Positions 50,295 to 64,000 are shown, numbered from the stretch's first letter. The stretch: DNA of 64,000 bases from Guillardia theta CCMP2712 (GCF_000315625.1 NW_005434527.1:1-64000); one strand, 5' to 3'. Notes: generated by a model from the sequence alone, not told the origin. Numbers and translations are program-made.

Positions 50295-53263
50295 ATGGCG
50301 CAGGGAAGGCGGCTCCTGGTTCTATACGGTTCTCAGACAGGAACAGCAGAAGAGATGGCTGTTCATGGGTCATCCAGGCTTGCGCTTGCTGGTGCAGCTC
50401 CAATATGCAAGAGCTTGAGTGAATGCTCGCTTCAAAGTTTGCAGCAGGCAGAAGCTGCTGTCTTTGTCGTGTCAACTACCGGAGATGGTGAGGCTCCGTT
50501 GACCATGAGACGGTTTTGGATGACCTTGCGAAAGCGGGACCTTGACCAAGCGTGCCTTGCAAATCTCAGTTATGCTGTGTACGGTTGTGGAGATTCCTCA
50601 TACCCCAAGTTTAACGCGGTAGCCAGAAGACTTGATATTCGCCTCCAAGCTCTGGGTGCCAAGCGATTGTGTGATGTAGTGTTGGGTGATGAGCAATCCC
50701 CCTTGGGTGTCGCGCAAGGTCATGGCATGTGCTGTTCTCAAATTTGTTTTGAAACTTTTCTTAACAGGACTATCTGAATGGACGGATCGAATCGCTTCGA
50801 AGCTGAAGCTCCTCCATTCTGATCATATGGACAAATACCTGCACACTCATCAGGCTATGAAATATTTTCTTGGCAGCAGAGATGGAGCATCTGTAAAGCG
50901 CAAACCCATGGATTTTTCAGATTATGTGAGTAATTCATGGATGAAGTATAAGTTTTGAAATAGGCACAGGAAGAAACTGTCCATTCGCTTTCTTTGTGCT
51001 CACAAATCGTTCTCTTTGCCAATGGCAACCCACTCTCCAAACAAATGTGCAGTGGAACAAAGAACGGTGAAATTTCTGTCCGCTTGCGTTGACGGTCTGA
51101 GCAAGTTCCAGCATTTTCTTTGCTGCGACTGGCAGGATTGAGTTTTTCCTATTTTGATACGTCTCTCGATCAGGAGATCAGAGAGAGTTTGACCAGACGC
51201 TTTCAAGTGAATCCGCCGTTTGTGTGCGGAAATGGATCTATCCTTGTCAGCAGAGACGAGCTGAGAGCATTGGAAGAGAACATAACACTTGGAGAGCTAT
51301 CCTTACAGAGGTTGATGTGCTTCCAAGAACCAGGAGATAGATATGAGAGGTCACTGAATGATGACCTGAGGGCTGGAGATTGTGGAGAGAACAGAACTCA
51401 ACACATGTGGGACTCTGAATCGATTTCGAACCATATACCAGGCATCAGAGAATCTATCTTGAAAGGTCTTTTGAAAGGAATTTTACACTACATCTGATGC
51501 TCTTTGATTCTTTTCCCGGCTTCCAGCGACTGTCAAATTTGTCAGCACGCTTACAAAAGGAAGGGATTTCGATGTCAACGACGTTAGACACGTTGAACTG
51601 AAACTCCCAAATGGTCCGTTCGATCAGTGCCAGATCTTATTCTAACAACAATGGAAGAATACAGGTACAAAGCTGGAAATGTTGCGCTTATCATGCCAAG
51701 GAATCGGCCATGTTGCACTGAACGCTTCTTACGTTTGCTCCGCCTGAATGGTGTCTGAAGGCTCACGCGAATTGGATGCTGAACTTGCAGCAGGCAACAC
51801 AATCATTGATAGCATCAATGTATCCAACTCTTCCTTTGATTTCTTGCTCAACCGCTTGAATTTCCGTCTTCCTTGTACAGTGCGAGAAATCGTTTCTTCA
51901 CAGCTTGTAGCCTTTATCTCCTTTGTTCACAAGCACTAAGTTCCTGAAGGATCTTGAGGGGCGGCCGCAGCCCTATCTCCTGCATCTACTGTCCTATTTT
52001 GCTGATGACGCCGAAGAGGCCGAAAGACTCGCTTACTTTGCTAGCACGGTCAGCCAACACCTTGTGTTATCTTCAAGATTCTAATGTGAAGCAGGAAGGC
52101 GTGGAAGACAGAATCGAATACTGTGAAAAGACGAAAAGGACTATCCTCAATGTTCTTGAAGATTTCCCTTCTCTCTGTAAAGCGGGTACTTCCTTAAGAT
52201 TTCCCCATGGGACTGCCATAGTGCTGCCATAACGGTACGTCAGATTTCAGTCATCTTCTTGCAATACTTCCCCGGCTTCAACCGCGAGCGTATTCGATTG
52301 CATCTTCGCCATTAGCTCACAGGCAAGCACAGCATTTTTTGAGATCTCACTCATTGTTTTGTTAATCAGTCAAGAGCTACATTTCTGTATTGTTGTTGTC
52401 GAGTATCGATCACCTCTTGGACGGAGTCTGAAGAAGGGTGTGTGCTCAAGCTACGTGTCTGGTCTGGTACATGTAGTCACATACATTCACTGACAGATGA
52501 TCTGATCCCATCTTGTCAGGAGCGATTTGACTGTCTCCCTGCTGCCATCTTTCCTGATTTTGGTTGCGGCCTGGCGTTCAATTTCTTCAAACCAGCAATT
52601 GTGATTGCTGCTGGATCTGGGATCGCACCGTGAGTCTGCAGCAGAGGAAGCATTCAGAGGAGACTTGAATGTTGACACAAGCCTGTTGACAGCTTCAGGG
52701 GAATCTTGTGGGAGCGGAAGATGATGAAAGAACAGAGCCTTCCCGTTTGCTCTGTGCTCGCCATTGTTGGCTTTCGCTACAGGTGAATGCTTTTTTAGGA
52801 TCGAGCCACTGATGCATTGCCTTGCAGAAAGGCAGATTACATGTACGAAAAAGATTGGGAAGAGCTCTTCAGCAATGACCATGATGCCGTGCTGAAGCTT
52901 GCGTATACTGTTTCCCAGCCGCGGAAGTTTACTAATATATTTCACAGATTCTCTCGCGACGGGAAGCAAAAGGAGTATGTCCAACACAAGATTGCTCTGT
53001 TCTCAGATGAAATCTGGGACGCTCTGACGTCGTTTCTCGATTTTGTCAGCCTTGAGCTCAGATCATCGCAGGCGGGGAGCTGTTATTTACGTCGCAGGAT
53101 CTGCTGGGGCTATGCCAAGAGCTGTCGAGGAAGCTTTCATCAAGGCATCAGGCGAGCAGAGCACCTCGTGGTGGTTAAAAGTGCTAGCAGGTGGCGGCCG
53201 AGCGGATACGAGACCCGCGCAGCCTGGAGCAGTGGACACATGAACTCAAGACCAAGCGACTGA
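50295..53263 (+). CDS. NDOR1: NADPH-dependent diflavin oxidoreductase 1 (Tah18), multi-exon
   Basis: LVLYGSQTGTAEEMA, STTGDGEAP, GDSSYPKFN, PRAYSIAS, GVCSSY, GSGIAP, FSRD...YVQH, YVAGSAGAMP. Confidence 0.9.
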
Positions 53264-54392
53264 GGGTTGAGAGCTGGTAGCTGAGTTACGGCATCCGATC
53301 ATATCATACCGCATGTTAGTGAATCGAAACTTGTGATAGCCTAGTAGCACGACTACCCGCCGGGCCCCGTCACGGTTTGAGTAACGTGCCAGGCAAAAAA
53401 ACTCAGTGGTGCCATGATCGGGCAGCCGCTGAGCGGTGAAGCACTGCCCGGCGGGCTCAGTACGGCCGGGCCCTGGCGACCCAGTATGCCGCATGATGCT
53501 TTGCCAAGTTGAGTAAAGGAAGATGCGGGGACTCCGGGAGTGACTATCGGCCCGATCGGTGACTCAGGCCCGACACTGACTTGACCGCCGACGGTGTGTC
53601 AGCGGCTGGGTGCGACCAGACAGCGACCTCCGAGCCCCAGTCAAACATGCCTTACCTACCTCGCAGATTTCCTATCTGAGCTAATATGTAATTTCCTACA
53701 GGTGGGTAGTATTCACCTTCGGGAGCACCCCATTGGAGTTTACCATCACCTCAGGGGGTGCTCGGGCAGTTGTGAAGCGATATTCTATGCCCGCCTCAGG
53801 AGCTGTGCCGCGTGCGTCAAATATGTGGCCCTTCCAGAAGATGGCGAGGAGAGGCGACAGCTATGGTGGGGAAGGGGTTGACAATGATAGTGATCGTGAG
53901 CACAAGAACAGTAAGATATGAAATCAAAGATCTTGGTGAAGAGGGTCGAACTGGAGTTGAAGGACCCAGGCTTTTTGCTATTGAAAACTTGACAGCGTTA
54001 CAACTAGTCCATATCCATCAGTCCGCTGTATTGCTGTGTATTCACCTAATTGACGAAAGGACCATAGGTTGAAATAACTCATTTTATGAAAGATTATGCG
54101 TGATCATGGCGTTTTGTGACTTTATCAAGGAATCCTTCAGACGCGTAATTTTAAAACGCTGGCTACTGAACACTTGCTGCAACTTAACTTGACAGCGATG
54201 TGTCTGAAGAGTTAGGGAATATATCTGCATTCTTTTCCATGTCTGACCATTTATATTGAAATGAAGCACAATTAGTGGTGATTTTTGTTGAAAACGCATA
54301 TTCTTGTTTCTGCACAAACAATTTTGACCAGTTTGGTAGGAATTGCGTGTGGCACAGATTGGATTTCATCTTCAACTACTTCGATTTATAAA

Positions 54393-54978
54393 ATGGCAGT
54401 ATCTAGCAGGATACAAAAGGTATGTTGATTCTGATTCTTCAACTTGAGGATTTATTGAACGACGATGAATTTCCAGGAAACTCAACGCATGCTTCAGAAG
54501 CCAGATCCAGGAATTAGCGCCACTCCCCATGAAGATAACTTGAGATATTTCAATGTTATCATCGCAGGACCGCAAGACTCTGCTTATGATGGTGCGATTT
54601 GTGTTGTAATATTAATGATTGATCATTTCTCCCATCTTTATCGACAATCAAAATGTAACGGCTGAATCAGGTGGAGTTTACAAATTAGAGCTCTTCTTGC
54701 CGGAGGAATATCCAATGACTCCTCCGAAAGTGAGATTTCTCACAAAGATTTATCATCCCAATGTAGACCGTCTGGGAAGGATCTGCCTTGATATCCTCAA
54801 GGATAAGTGGAGCCCTGCTTTGCAGATCCGAACGGTTCTTATCAGCATTCAAGCACTTATGTCAGCTCCGAACCCAGATGATCCTCTCAACAACGAGGCC
54901 GCAGAACATTGGAAACGCAATGAAAAAGAAGCTCTTGATATGGCAAAATCTTGGAATCGGCAGTATGCCATGAACTGA
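54393..54978 (+). CDS. UBC13: Ubiquitin-conjugating enzyme E2 N
   Basis: RIQK|ETQR...NLRYFNV...[11 protein letters not shown]...[29 protein letters not shown]; two introns. Confidence 0.95.
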
Positions 54979-55149
54979 TTTGCCTTTTTGACACAACCTC
55001 AAGGAATACAACTACAACAGGCTGGAATGATTTGCATGTTGGGTTCAGTCTCCTAGTTTTGTGAGTGCGATTCAAGCAAGATACCTGGTTCGGAGCTTTA
55101 GATTTTTTTTATCGATATTGGCTTAAATATGATTTTGAGATGTTGGCTG

Positions 55150-56378
55150 ATATCAACCACAAGAAATGCGTTGTGCGTTAACTTTCTTCATGATTACGAC
55201 CTTGAGACCACTGTCGAAATCTTCGGATAAGTCCTTGGACCTGCTGCTACATTAGAACATCCAACCACCCTTCTTGAAAATTGCACATTGCAAGGCCACA
55301 AGAAGATGAAGACGCGAGTTGCTGAATCTCGTCCAGCGAGTGATTGCAGGTTTTCAGTAGAAGGAAGCCTCCAGGTTCTAGTAGTGCAGCAATGTTACGA
55401 AAGTATCCGATCGCTCCTGAACTGCATCCAGTCATTATCACACAAATGTTTGTCACGAAAAAATACGATTCTAATCCTGTTTCATCTTGAGAATCTGAGC
55501 GCTGTCCATGTAAGCCTCCTAATGTTCCTCGAGCCCCTCGATCAGGAACAGTCATGGCAATGCTATCAAGAGTTCCTTTGCAAATGACAAGTAACTCAAA
55601 CAAACAGTGAGATCACCTCAAACTTACCACTGTCATGGATTAGACGGAAGCTTTCTTTCTCCAAACTTGTGTTCAAAACATCATCACATACGTACCTTAC
55701 CAATCAAAAGCTCATGATTTGTTCACGTGAGTAAAAGTCCTTTCAGCAAATCTTACCGTGTTCCCCAGGATTGTAAATCAGATTTTTGTTTCCTAAAGTA
55801 CGACTGTACCTCATTCGCAAGATTTATCGCCTCCATGGAATAGTCCAACCCAACGATATTTGTGAATCCCAGTGCATGCAGGACTTCGCAAAAGAAACCG
55901 TTTCCACACCCAACATCCAAAATAGCTGCATCATGTCTTATGTTGAGATCAGCTCCTTGAATGACGTTTGCTGTGTATACCATGTTCATTTTCCCGAACC
56001 ATACAAACAACTTTTCCATCGGATCAGGGTTCCCATCGGCCATAGCCTGTGAAAGCTCGTTTAACTCCTTAATGTACGTGTTGCTCCAGTAGGCATGATG
56101 CTCATTGCCAAGCATGGAGACCAACATTGCAACTTCTTCCGGTATTTCCTCGAGGTGATCCTGCAACCTTTGATCATGCCAATACAATGACAACGGAGAT
56201 AAAATTCTTTCTATCTTCTTCTATTGTTCTCGGTTCATATCCTGCATCTTCTATTGTTTTCGGTTCATATCCTGCATCTTCTATTGTTTTCGGTTCATAT
56301 CCTGCATGTTTCTCATGTTCCTAGGCCTCCTTCTACTTTCGTGTGCAGGGATAGAGACCTACCGAGTCGGCCGCCATT
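55150..56378 (-). CDS. EFM4/EEF1AKMT2 (METTL10)-like protein-lysine methyltransferase
   Basis: YW...Y..EL, VWFG, ILDVGCGNG, GLDYSMEAI, KGTLDSI and TCNHSLDEI; ends approximate. Confidence 0.75.
56214..56307 (-). repeat. 30-bp tandem repeat (3 copies)
   Basis: TCTTCTATTGTTYTCGGTTCATATCCTGCA x3. Confidence 0.9.
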
Positions 56379-56430
56379 ATGGTTTGATCACATGTATCCT
56401 TCAGGATAATGCTCTACTGGCTGAGTTCAG

Positions 56431-56750
56431 TTAAAACTTAAAACTTTGAGTAAACTGGCGACGCCACTCAGTGCCAGCCTGGCCGCGCCGCGCCGGAGCA
56501 TCTTGTAGTACCGGCCCGCGGTAGTACCGTACCCGGCGGCCGCCGGGCTGGGCCCGTGGGCGGGGGCTCACGGCAAGATCATTCTGTCACGTTATGGCAT
56601 ACTTCTAAGTCCGCCGGCCCCACTGACCCTTCGAGATCGAGGCTTTCTTTACTTTAACGCCGGTCCGACAATGTGACAGCGGCTAATCATGGCATGCAAA
56701 GTCACAAGTTAAGTTAATGAAATCCGAGTACGTGGACAATCAGGAGAGAG
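56431..56750. repeat. Two degenerate copies of the 3'-anchored repeat (+ at 56431-56454, - at 56706-56750)
   Basis: AACTTAAAACTTTGAGTAAA, and AAGTTAAGTTAA...GTACGTGGACAATCAGGAGAG. Confidence 0.7.
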
Positions 56751-57545
56751 AAGAGAGAACATTTCCGAGCCTGCCCCTAAGTTCCGACCGGCGCGAGACT
56801 CCGGGAGTCCCGGAGTCCTGCCAGAACCGTGAGCCTCAACGGGCCTCCGATAACCGTTGAACACGGCCGCGGGCGCAACCCCCGTCCGATCGGATCATTA
56901 TTGCCCAGCTGGCAGTGCCAAGCAGCGAAGGACCGTGACCCGGTGGTACGGTACAGGGCCGGGCCGGAGTTCGGCGAGGCTACGCCCGGCCGAGTCACAG
57001 GCTAGGCTAACCGGCGGGCCCGTCCTACCTCCCGTGACCCTCCATGTTCACGGTTCTACAGTAGAATAAGAAGATCGACACAACAACAGTAATTTACTTA
57101 ACTATATTCTGATAGATGTTTTGCTCGACATTGTTTTCTGTAGTTGTTTCCATCCGGGTAGGGTGAAATGAGTGGGGGTGGTTTTCAATATAACAATTGG
57201 GGTACTTATGGTCGGTCCGGTAGTACTGGAGTCACAGGGGTAGGGTGTATTGTTTCTTGCAATCCATCCGTGACGATGCACTTTGTGCTGTCGCGGCTAG
57301 TGGCTAGGGAACGTTGGGAGGATAAGAGGGAGAGGGAGAGGTAGAGTAGAGGTGAAGAAATGCTATGTGCAAGACAGTTCACAGGCGATAGAAGTTCAAT
57401 GTCGACGATGTGACCATTTGAAACAATACTACCTGCTCTTGCATTCGACATGATTGTGTAAACTTGCGTTTTGTTTGTCTCATGCATTCTGCTGTCAACC
57501 GTTTTTGTAGCTGACGTCTTTTGGCAGGGTAAACCTAATCTCCCC

Positions 57546-59900
57546 ATGAGAAAAATTAAGAAGAATATCTCTGGTGCCGTGGCTAGTGTAGGTAAGCTAT
57601 ATGCGACTTATCAACTTGATATTTCGATTTGTTGACAGTTGTGTCGTAGGCAAGAAAGTCATACCATCAGCAGTGAACAAAGTCTGCAATGTAGAGAGCA
57701 TAGACAACGATACTACTCGCTTTGAATGGATTGTTGGCTCCCTCTCAAGATTTACCTTGGGCGATAAAATCACCAGCTCTTCTGTATCGGCTGGAGGTTC
57801 AAAATGGGTGTTGGACTTTTATCCGAAGGGATATGTGATGCCAGAGCATGCTTCTCTATACTTGAACGTCGCAAATCCTGAAAACCTCGCAGCTGATTGG
57901 AGTTGTCATGTTACTTTCACTCTTTCTGTGCTTAATCCTGCGACCAAAGAGCCCATAGAAAAGTCAACGTTTTCAAAGCTGTTCACGAAGGAAGTTCATA
58001 GCTGGGGCAAAAACAATTTTGTATCAATAAGGGGGATTCAAGCTGGTCAGTATACTGTCAACGATACTATTCTCATCGGAGCAGAGATATCAAGTGTAAA
58101 GGAGATTGCTCATGATATTGAGGATTGGGGACTTATGTCAGACGGTCGCCATCGTTTTGTTTGGAAAGTGCAGAACTACAAGTCTACATTTTCTAGATTG
58201 AAAACGGGACAAAAGATTTCAAGTGCCTCCTTTGTTACCGGAGAACTACCGTGGTTTCTTGATTTGTATCCCAATGGTTACAAGAATCCCAACTACATCG
58301 CAGTCTATCTGCACTCGGGATCCAATAGTAAGGAAGCTCGAGCTGCACGGGTGCCGTTCTCACTTCTGGTTTTTGATAACCATTCCCAACAATTTCAGCT
58401 CTGTGCTAATTTGTGTCAAACGTTTGACCGGAGTGCACGATGCTGGGGTAAGCATAGCCTCAAACGAAAAGCAGATGTGATGTCAGGTGATAAGAGGTAT
58501 ATCGATAACAACATGCTTGTATTGGCGGTTGACATTGCTATGATGAAAGAAAATTTTGCGCAAGCAAAGAGATATCTGTGGGTGCCTATTGCCAGCGCCA
58601 GCCGTTGTAGAGGATGCCAAAAAAGTCTCTTCTTCAATGCACAGAAAGTTCAATGTCATTACACTGGAGAAGTTTTCTGTGGAAAATGCTGCAAGACTAA
58701 AATCAAATTGCCTGAGCTCGGATACAAGACTGAAGTCACGGTGTGCGACCGTGCAATTGCAGAAAGGCATCTTGCAAAGAGTTTTAAGCAACTATCTGCG
58801 AATCCCCTCAACTTCCACCCTGCTCTGGTACAATATAAGGGACCTCGCGATGGCTTTGAAGATTTCGAGTGCATGGCATATGGAGTTTTGTGGGAGCCTG
58901 AGCCAGCTGTATTTCAATGCAGAGCATGTTTCAAGCCTTTCGGCTTCTTTCGAAGAAAACACCATTGCAGGTTATTTGATATTTTTCAACGAAAAAACTG
59001 CTTTACATTTTTTTTGATAAGGTGTTGTGGAATGATTTTCTGTTCGGATTGTACTAGTTTCAAAGCTACCTTGCCCGAGCTTGAATTGAACGAACAGGTT
59101 TTCGATCATTTTCTGCTTTTTCTGGATCTAAGTATTAATTTCAATAGGTCAGAATGTGCCAGAATTGTTTCCATGCTCGAAAGGCATCCAACGTTCGACT
59201 CGTTCCTGTTACTCCAAAAGCAGAGAAAAAGGTTGCCCTCATGACAGAAGATTCTAGCACTTATTTGGTCTTAGGGGATGGCTGCGAGAGCAAAGCGCAA
59301 GAGGGAGGCTAAGGATGTTGATGAAGGAGATCTTTCAAAGCTACGACTGTACTGTCCGTTCCTTGCCAATGCGATCATGAAGGCAGGAAGATTCGGCAAA
59401 AAGAAAGACGACAAGAAGAAGCCTCAGAAGGTGATATTGCTTTATTGAAGGGACTCAAGCATGACAGCGATGGGTTTAGGGAGATGATGACTTCGACAGC
59501 GATGATGAAGAAGCTGAGATGTTGAAGAAGAAGAAGGTGACACTTTCCCGCCTTTTCTCACGTCTCATGTCCCACTTCGCAGGAGAAAGCGAGAGCGAAG
59601 GCGAAGGCGGGTAAGAAAGGAAGCAAAGCCAAGGTAAATCCACTGCGCTTTTTATCATGAAATAAGTATTTTTCGTCACAGGGGTCATCTGGACCACTGT
59701 CTATTGTAGCAAAGGGTATTAGAGATGTTCTGGATTACGACCCTAAGAAGGGAGCCAAGGATGAAGGTATTTTTAGCTTGCTTTGTTTTTTGCAAAACTG
59801 ATATTTCCTATAAAGGCGAAGAAGCTGCTGAGAATGAAGATGGAGGGGGAGGGGGAGGAGATTCGGACTGATTGCTTGTTTGAAAATCCTCTCAGGCATG
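57546..59900 (+). CDS. 2x MATH (TRAF) + 2x FYVE-type zinc finger protein
   Basis: WVLDFYPKG...SLYL...SWG and WFLDLYPNG...AVYL...CWG; CRGC...FCGKC and CRACFKPFGFFRRKHHCR|CCGMIFCSDC; acidic/basic tail. 3' end approximate. Confidence 0.8.
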
Positions 59901-60049
59901 GTATGACGAAATGTTCGATAAGATGGAAAACAAAATACAGCAATTCAGATTTTCTTCATCGTTTTACTAGTTTCTACATATCACTACGTTCCTATTGCAT
60001 GTCGAATCATGCTGAAGCTGTCTTGGTAACCGTTTTCACCCACTCTACA

Positions 60050-60780
60050 CTATAATACATTGAAAACCAGCGTTTCCGAAGGCATCACACTTCCCAGCGT
60101 GGTTACATGTTCTTGCCGCATTGAATCAGAAGTACTTAGTACGATTCGTCAGAGGGACCATGGTTCTTCCTTTGTTAGACTCAGCACAACGCCTAAAGGA
60201 GCCACAACATGTGATGTCGGAATAGTCCTGCAAGTGTGTCAATGAATCTGAGATCCAAGCTGGATTGTTCAGACCTTCTCTTTCACTCGCTTCGGCTCAG
60301 CATTGTTTTCTGACCACCGGACACGTATTACTGTAACATGCTCTAGGGAACCATCGACGGTCTCAAGTTCGAGGGTGACTGCGGTTCCTGGCTTACCGTA
60401 GATCATCCTATGAACTGAAAATTCATCGCAACCCTACACGCCATCAACGACAGTTATCATGACATGCTACAACATTACCGTCACTGAATTCCAATCTACA
60501 GAGAGGAGCTCATCCCCAACACGAATCTGTCTTGCAGCGTGCGCAGGCCCCCCGGGTCGAATTCCCGCTACATACCATCCACCACCATCGCCACGTTCTA
60601 GTTCAACACCAATGCCGCAGTCTTGCATTGTCGTCTCATCTTCCCTTTCCAGTTCGGAAGTCGTTTCAGTCTTTGAATACTCAAGACCCATCGCAAGCCC
60701 TGGCACAAGCAAAAAATCAAGACTTTCTGAATTGGGAAAAACACGATGGCAGGTAAGCAAATGGCTGGCAAACATTTGAT
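60050..60780 (-). CDS. PDZ-domain protein (multi-exon)
   Basis: GIGVEL...YVAGIRPGGPAH...IRVGDELLSVD, followed by GKPGTAVTLEL. Confidence 0.6.
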
Positions 60781-60782
60781 AG

Positions 60783-61380
60783 GATGGAGGATAGGGTAGG
60801 GAAGGGTAGGGTAGGAGGTGGAGACACAAGGCAGGTGAGGATATGGAAGGAGTAAAGGATAGGATGAGGTGAGGGGATGCAGGTGGGATGAGGAGATGAG
60901 GATGGGGAGAGGGGGAGGAGAGGAGGATGATGGGGAGAGGGGGAGGAGAGGAGAGGGAAAGGAGAGGGCGATAGGAGGAGGATGGGGAGAGTGGTAGGAG
61001 AGCAAGAGAGGGGAGGTAAGAGGAGGAGGAGGAAGGGAAGAGTGGTAGGAAAGCAGGAGATGAGGAAGAGGAAGAGGAANNNNNNNNNNNNNNNNNNNNN
61101 NNNNNNNNNNNNNNNNNNNNNNNNNNNNNNNNNNNNNNNNNNNNNNNNNNNNNNNNNNNNNNNNNNNNNNNNNNNNNNNGGAGGAGGGGGAGAGTGGTAG
61201 GAGAGGAGGAGAGGAGGAGGGGTGGGGTTGGGAGAGGGGCGATAGAGGGGGGGAAGGGAAGAGGAGGAGGAGGGGGAGAGTGGTATTTAGAGAGGATGAG
61301 AGGGGGAGGGGAGAGTGTAGGAGAGAAGAAGGTGAGGGCGATAGAGGGGGGATAAGAGGAGGAGGAGACGATGATGGATG
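60783..61380 (+). repeat. Purine-rich low-complexity tract containing an assembly gap (N 61080-61179)
   Basis: GGA/GAG repeats and 100 Ns. Confidence 0.95.
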
Positions 61381-61682
61381 TGGGAGATGCGCAGAGGATT
61401 GTGAGGGTGCGCATGCCATCACGCAAGGTAAAGGCAGAGGGAAATGCGGCAGGCAGCAAGGCCGGCATGTCCCACCGAAACGTTCAAGTTACCACAAGGT
61501 CTGTCCATACTTCTATGTGGATTTATATTAGGAGCCCAATCAATAAAAGCTCCACCCTCAGAGGGGTCGAATACTCACCCCTGGTAACTTATGTGGCTGC
61601 TACAGTAGCTGCAACACCGCCGCAAGGTTTTAGTTAACTGCAGTTTTTCCCGCCCTCTGAGGCCACAAACTCTTTGCAGAGA

Positions 61683-64000
61683 ATGCAGACACCAGCATGC
61701 GTTCGCCTGCAGACTCCGAGTGGACATTTCGATTCTTCTTCCAGAAAGATGGTTCCAAGCACCATCAACACACTATCTACTGGTGGAAAGAAGCATAGAG
61801 AAGATTTCATCTTGGCTGTAACAGAAAACAAACACAGAGAGGTTCATGTTGTGATTTGGCTCTCTTTGTTTCATCCTGAGACTTGCTCTAATATTTGCCA
61901 GATTGGAATATCATTGCTGAGCATTCGAGGAGCAACAATACTTCTCAGTCAATTCAAGGATGACTGTATGTATTCAACGCTTTTGCATTTAATTGATACA
62001 TACACCCCAACGGAGATCCTGTTGCCCCACACGATGGAAAATAGCGGTACGGCATATGGTTGAGAAGAACTGGAATTGATACTGACAACCTAATCCCTCC
62101 TTTTGTATATAAAGCACTCCATACAGTGATTCTACAGACCGAGCATGGATTCATAGTTTTCGTCAAAAGGCATCACTGGAACGATAATAAAGGGTTAGAA
62201 CAGATGAGAATCCTAGCTACCAAGGAGACAATATCCATCGAGCTTGAAGTTTCTTCAAAATATCTTGCCTTATCTTCATTTCATGCATTAATTCGGTACA
62301 CGGAATTTGGGCAGGGATACTCGTATGCTGCGACAAGTTGTCGATTCGAGTACAGGTTTGAAAATAAGTCCCTAAGAATCGTTTTCGATTGTGATGTATC
62401 AGTTGCAGATGCCCAAAGGAATATTTGCAGATTGACCCCAGAACTGCTGCAAATCTTGAGATTATTCATAATGCCCGTGATGTAAAAAATGCATCCTTAT
62501 TCGGAATCATGAATTTTTGTAAGACACATATGGGGCAAAGACTGCTGCGAACAAACATGCTGCAGCCACTCAGTTACCTTTCCAGCGGAAAAATCCAAGA
62601 AAGACTTGATTTCTTGGAGATTCTTTTGAAAAACGAAGAAGCATTTTACGAGATTTCTGAAAAGTTGCCACCATTTCCTGACCTGGAGTACATTGTTACA
62701 GCGACCCTTGTGCAGGTAAACCCGTTCATTCTGATGCGAGTACGATGGTAATGATTCTTTGATCTGCAGATTCCAAAATGCGGAACACAATGCATTTCGG
62801 TTGAAAAATGCCAGTCTCTCATTTCCAAAATTCTCAACATGAAAAATGCTCTGAACCTGGCTACTGGATTGGCGAACACTTTGAAAAAAATGAAAGGATC
62901 ATGTGCCATTTTAGATAAAATGTTGGACTCACTTTCAGAGCCGAAGCTCGATTCAGTCAAAAATGCAATTGATAGAATACTAGCTGATGAATCTTTTCCA
63001 GCAAAGGGAAATATCCTTTCACAGGTGCAGCGATGCTTTGCACTGAGAGCAGGCATCGATTCATTATTGGATGTTGCGCGACAGAGTTACAATGACGTGA
63101 TTGACGATATATACAATTTAGCCCAGCAATACAGGGACGAATATGGAATTGGTTCCATCAAAGTGGTCTACAATATTCGTAGAGGGTATCATCTCAGCAT
63201 GAAATCTGATATTTCTTCTCTACCCCCGATTTTCATACAAAAATCGCAAAAAGGGCATTGCACGTTGTGCACGACAGAAGATCTTGCGAGTCTTGCTAAT
63301 CGCCATAATGAATCTGTGCAAGAAATATATTTGATGACAGGACGGATTCTTGAGGTTATTTAGCTGTATTACTTAAGATCAACCGATTTTGACCATCTTT
63401 AGGACCTTGTTGTTCGATTGAGGGAACATACTGGGTATCTTGCTTTGTATAGTATAATCACCTATCCATTGTGAGATTTTGCAGATGCCTCCTTGATGTT
63501 GCAGACTCAATCAGCCTCCTGGATATGCTGGTCAATGCATCATGAACGGAAACGAGTCGATTGACCATATTTGTTCACAGCGGTCGTTTGCGCATATGAT
63601 TAGTGTATCTTCGCAGCCATTTGTTAGGCCACAATTCTACCCTGATGGACCACTTGCAATTAGACAAGGGTGATGATATGCAACCGATGAATGACAACAC
63701 ATGTATGTAACTTTGACCCGAACAGACGGCATCCGATGTGTGAGATTCTTGCTCCTGGGTCTTTCGTGTCAAACAATACTATGATGAAGCCCAGAACATC
63801 TAGTTCGTTTTGTGTTTTGACAGGTCCAAATATGTCTGGAAAAAGTTGTTATCTTCGCCAGGTTAACTTTGAATTTTGGAGAAGGAGGTTTCATGTTGCC
63901 TCAGGTCGCCCTCATCATCATATTAGCTCACATGGGAAGCTTCATTCCAGGTAAGGTTCAATAAGAGTTTAAGATTTGGCAATACCAGTAATTATGCATT
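61683..64000 (+). CDS. MSH4: MutS homolog 4 (meiotic crossover), 3'-partial
   Basis: No mismatch-binding domain; KYLALSS...ALIRY, IDPRTAANLEII, GQRLLRTNMLQP, CFALRAGIDSLLDVARQSY, TGPNMSGKS. Confidence 0.85.

Noticed and set aside
60467-61468. 333-aa ORF spanning the N gap
   Set aside because: The upstream part is a simple repeat plus the assembly gap; only the PDZ portion is credible

Overview
Eukaryotic nuclear DNA with many short (~45-55 nt) GT-AG introns and bipartite signal+transit presequences (signal peptide followed by F/Y). This is consistent with a cryptophyte such as Guillardia theta (inference). The first ~17 kb is a nested mobile-element cluster: an intron-containing Crypton tyrosine-recombinase gene, a Crinkler/RHS-type NTPase+REase gene with an inverted partial copy, a possible P-like transposase relic, CRE-like non-LTR endonuclease fragments, a 1.1-kb TIR element with a 3-bp TSD and a decayed piggyBac. 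The remaining ~46 kb is ordinary gene-dense sequence: CCP/AGBL carboxypeptidase, plastid SufA/IscA, double-HIT protein, coiled-coil protein, KPTN, EF-hand/RRM/KH protein, cupin, GT23 fucosyltransferase, B56-kinase fusion, ABCB half-transporter, beta-tubulin, CLASP-N protein, NDOR1, UBC13, EFM4-like methyltransferase, MATH-FYVE protein, PDZ protein and partial MSH4. The most striking signal is at 16.0-16.8 kb: five single-codon (3-nt) microexons, each preceded by a paralogous intron with a distant branch point and an AG-free zone. A second signal is a 3'-anchored repeat tag (...AACTTAACTTTGAGTAAA) found about 10 times at element junctions and in GC-rich intergenic islands.
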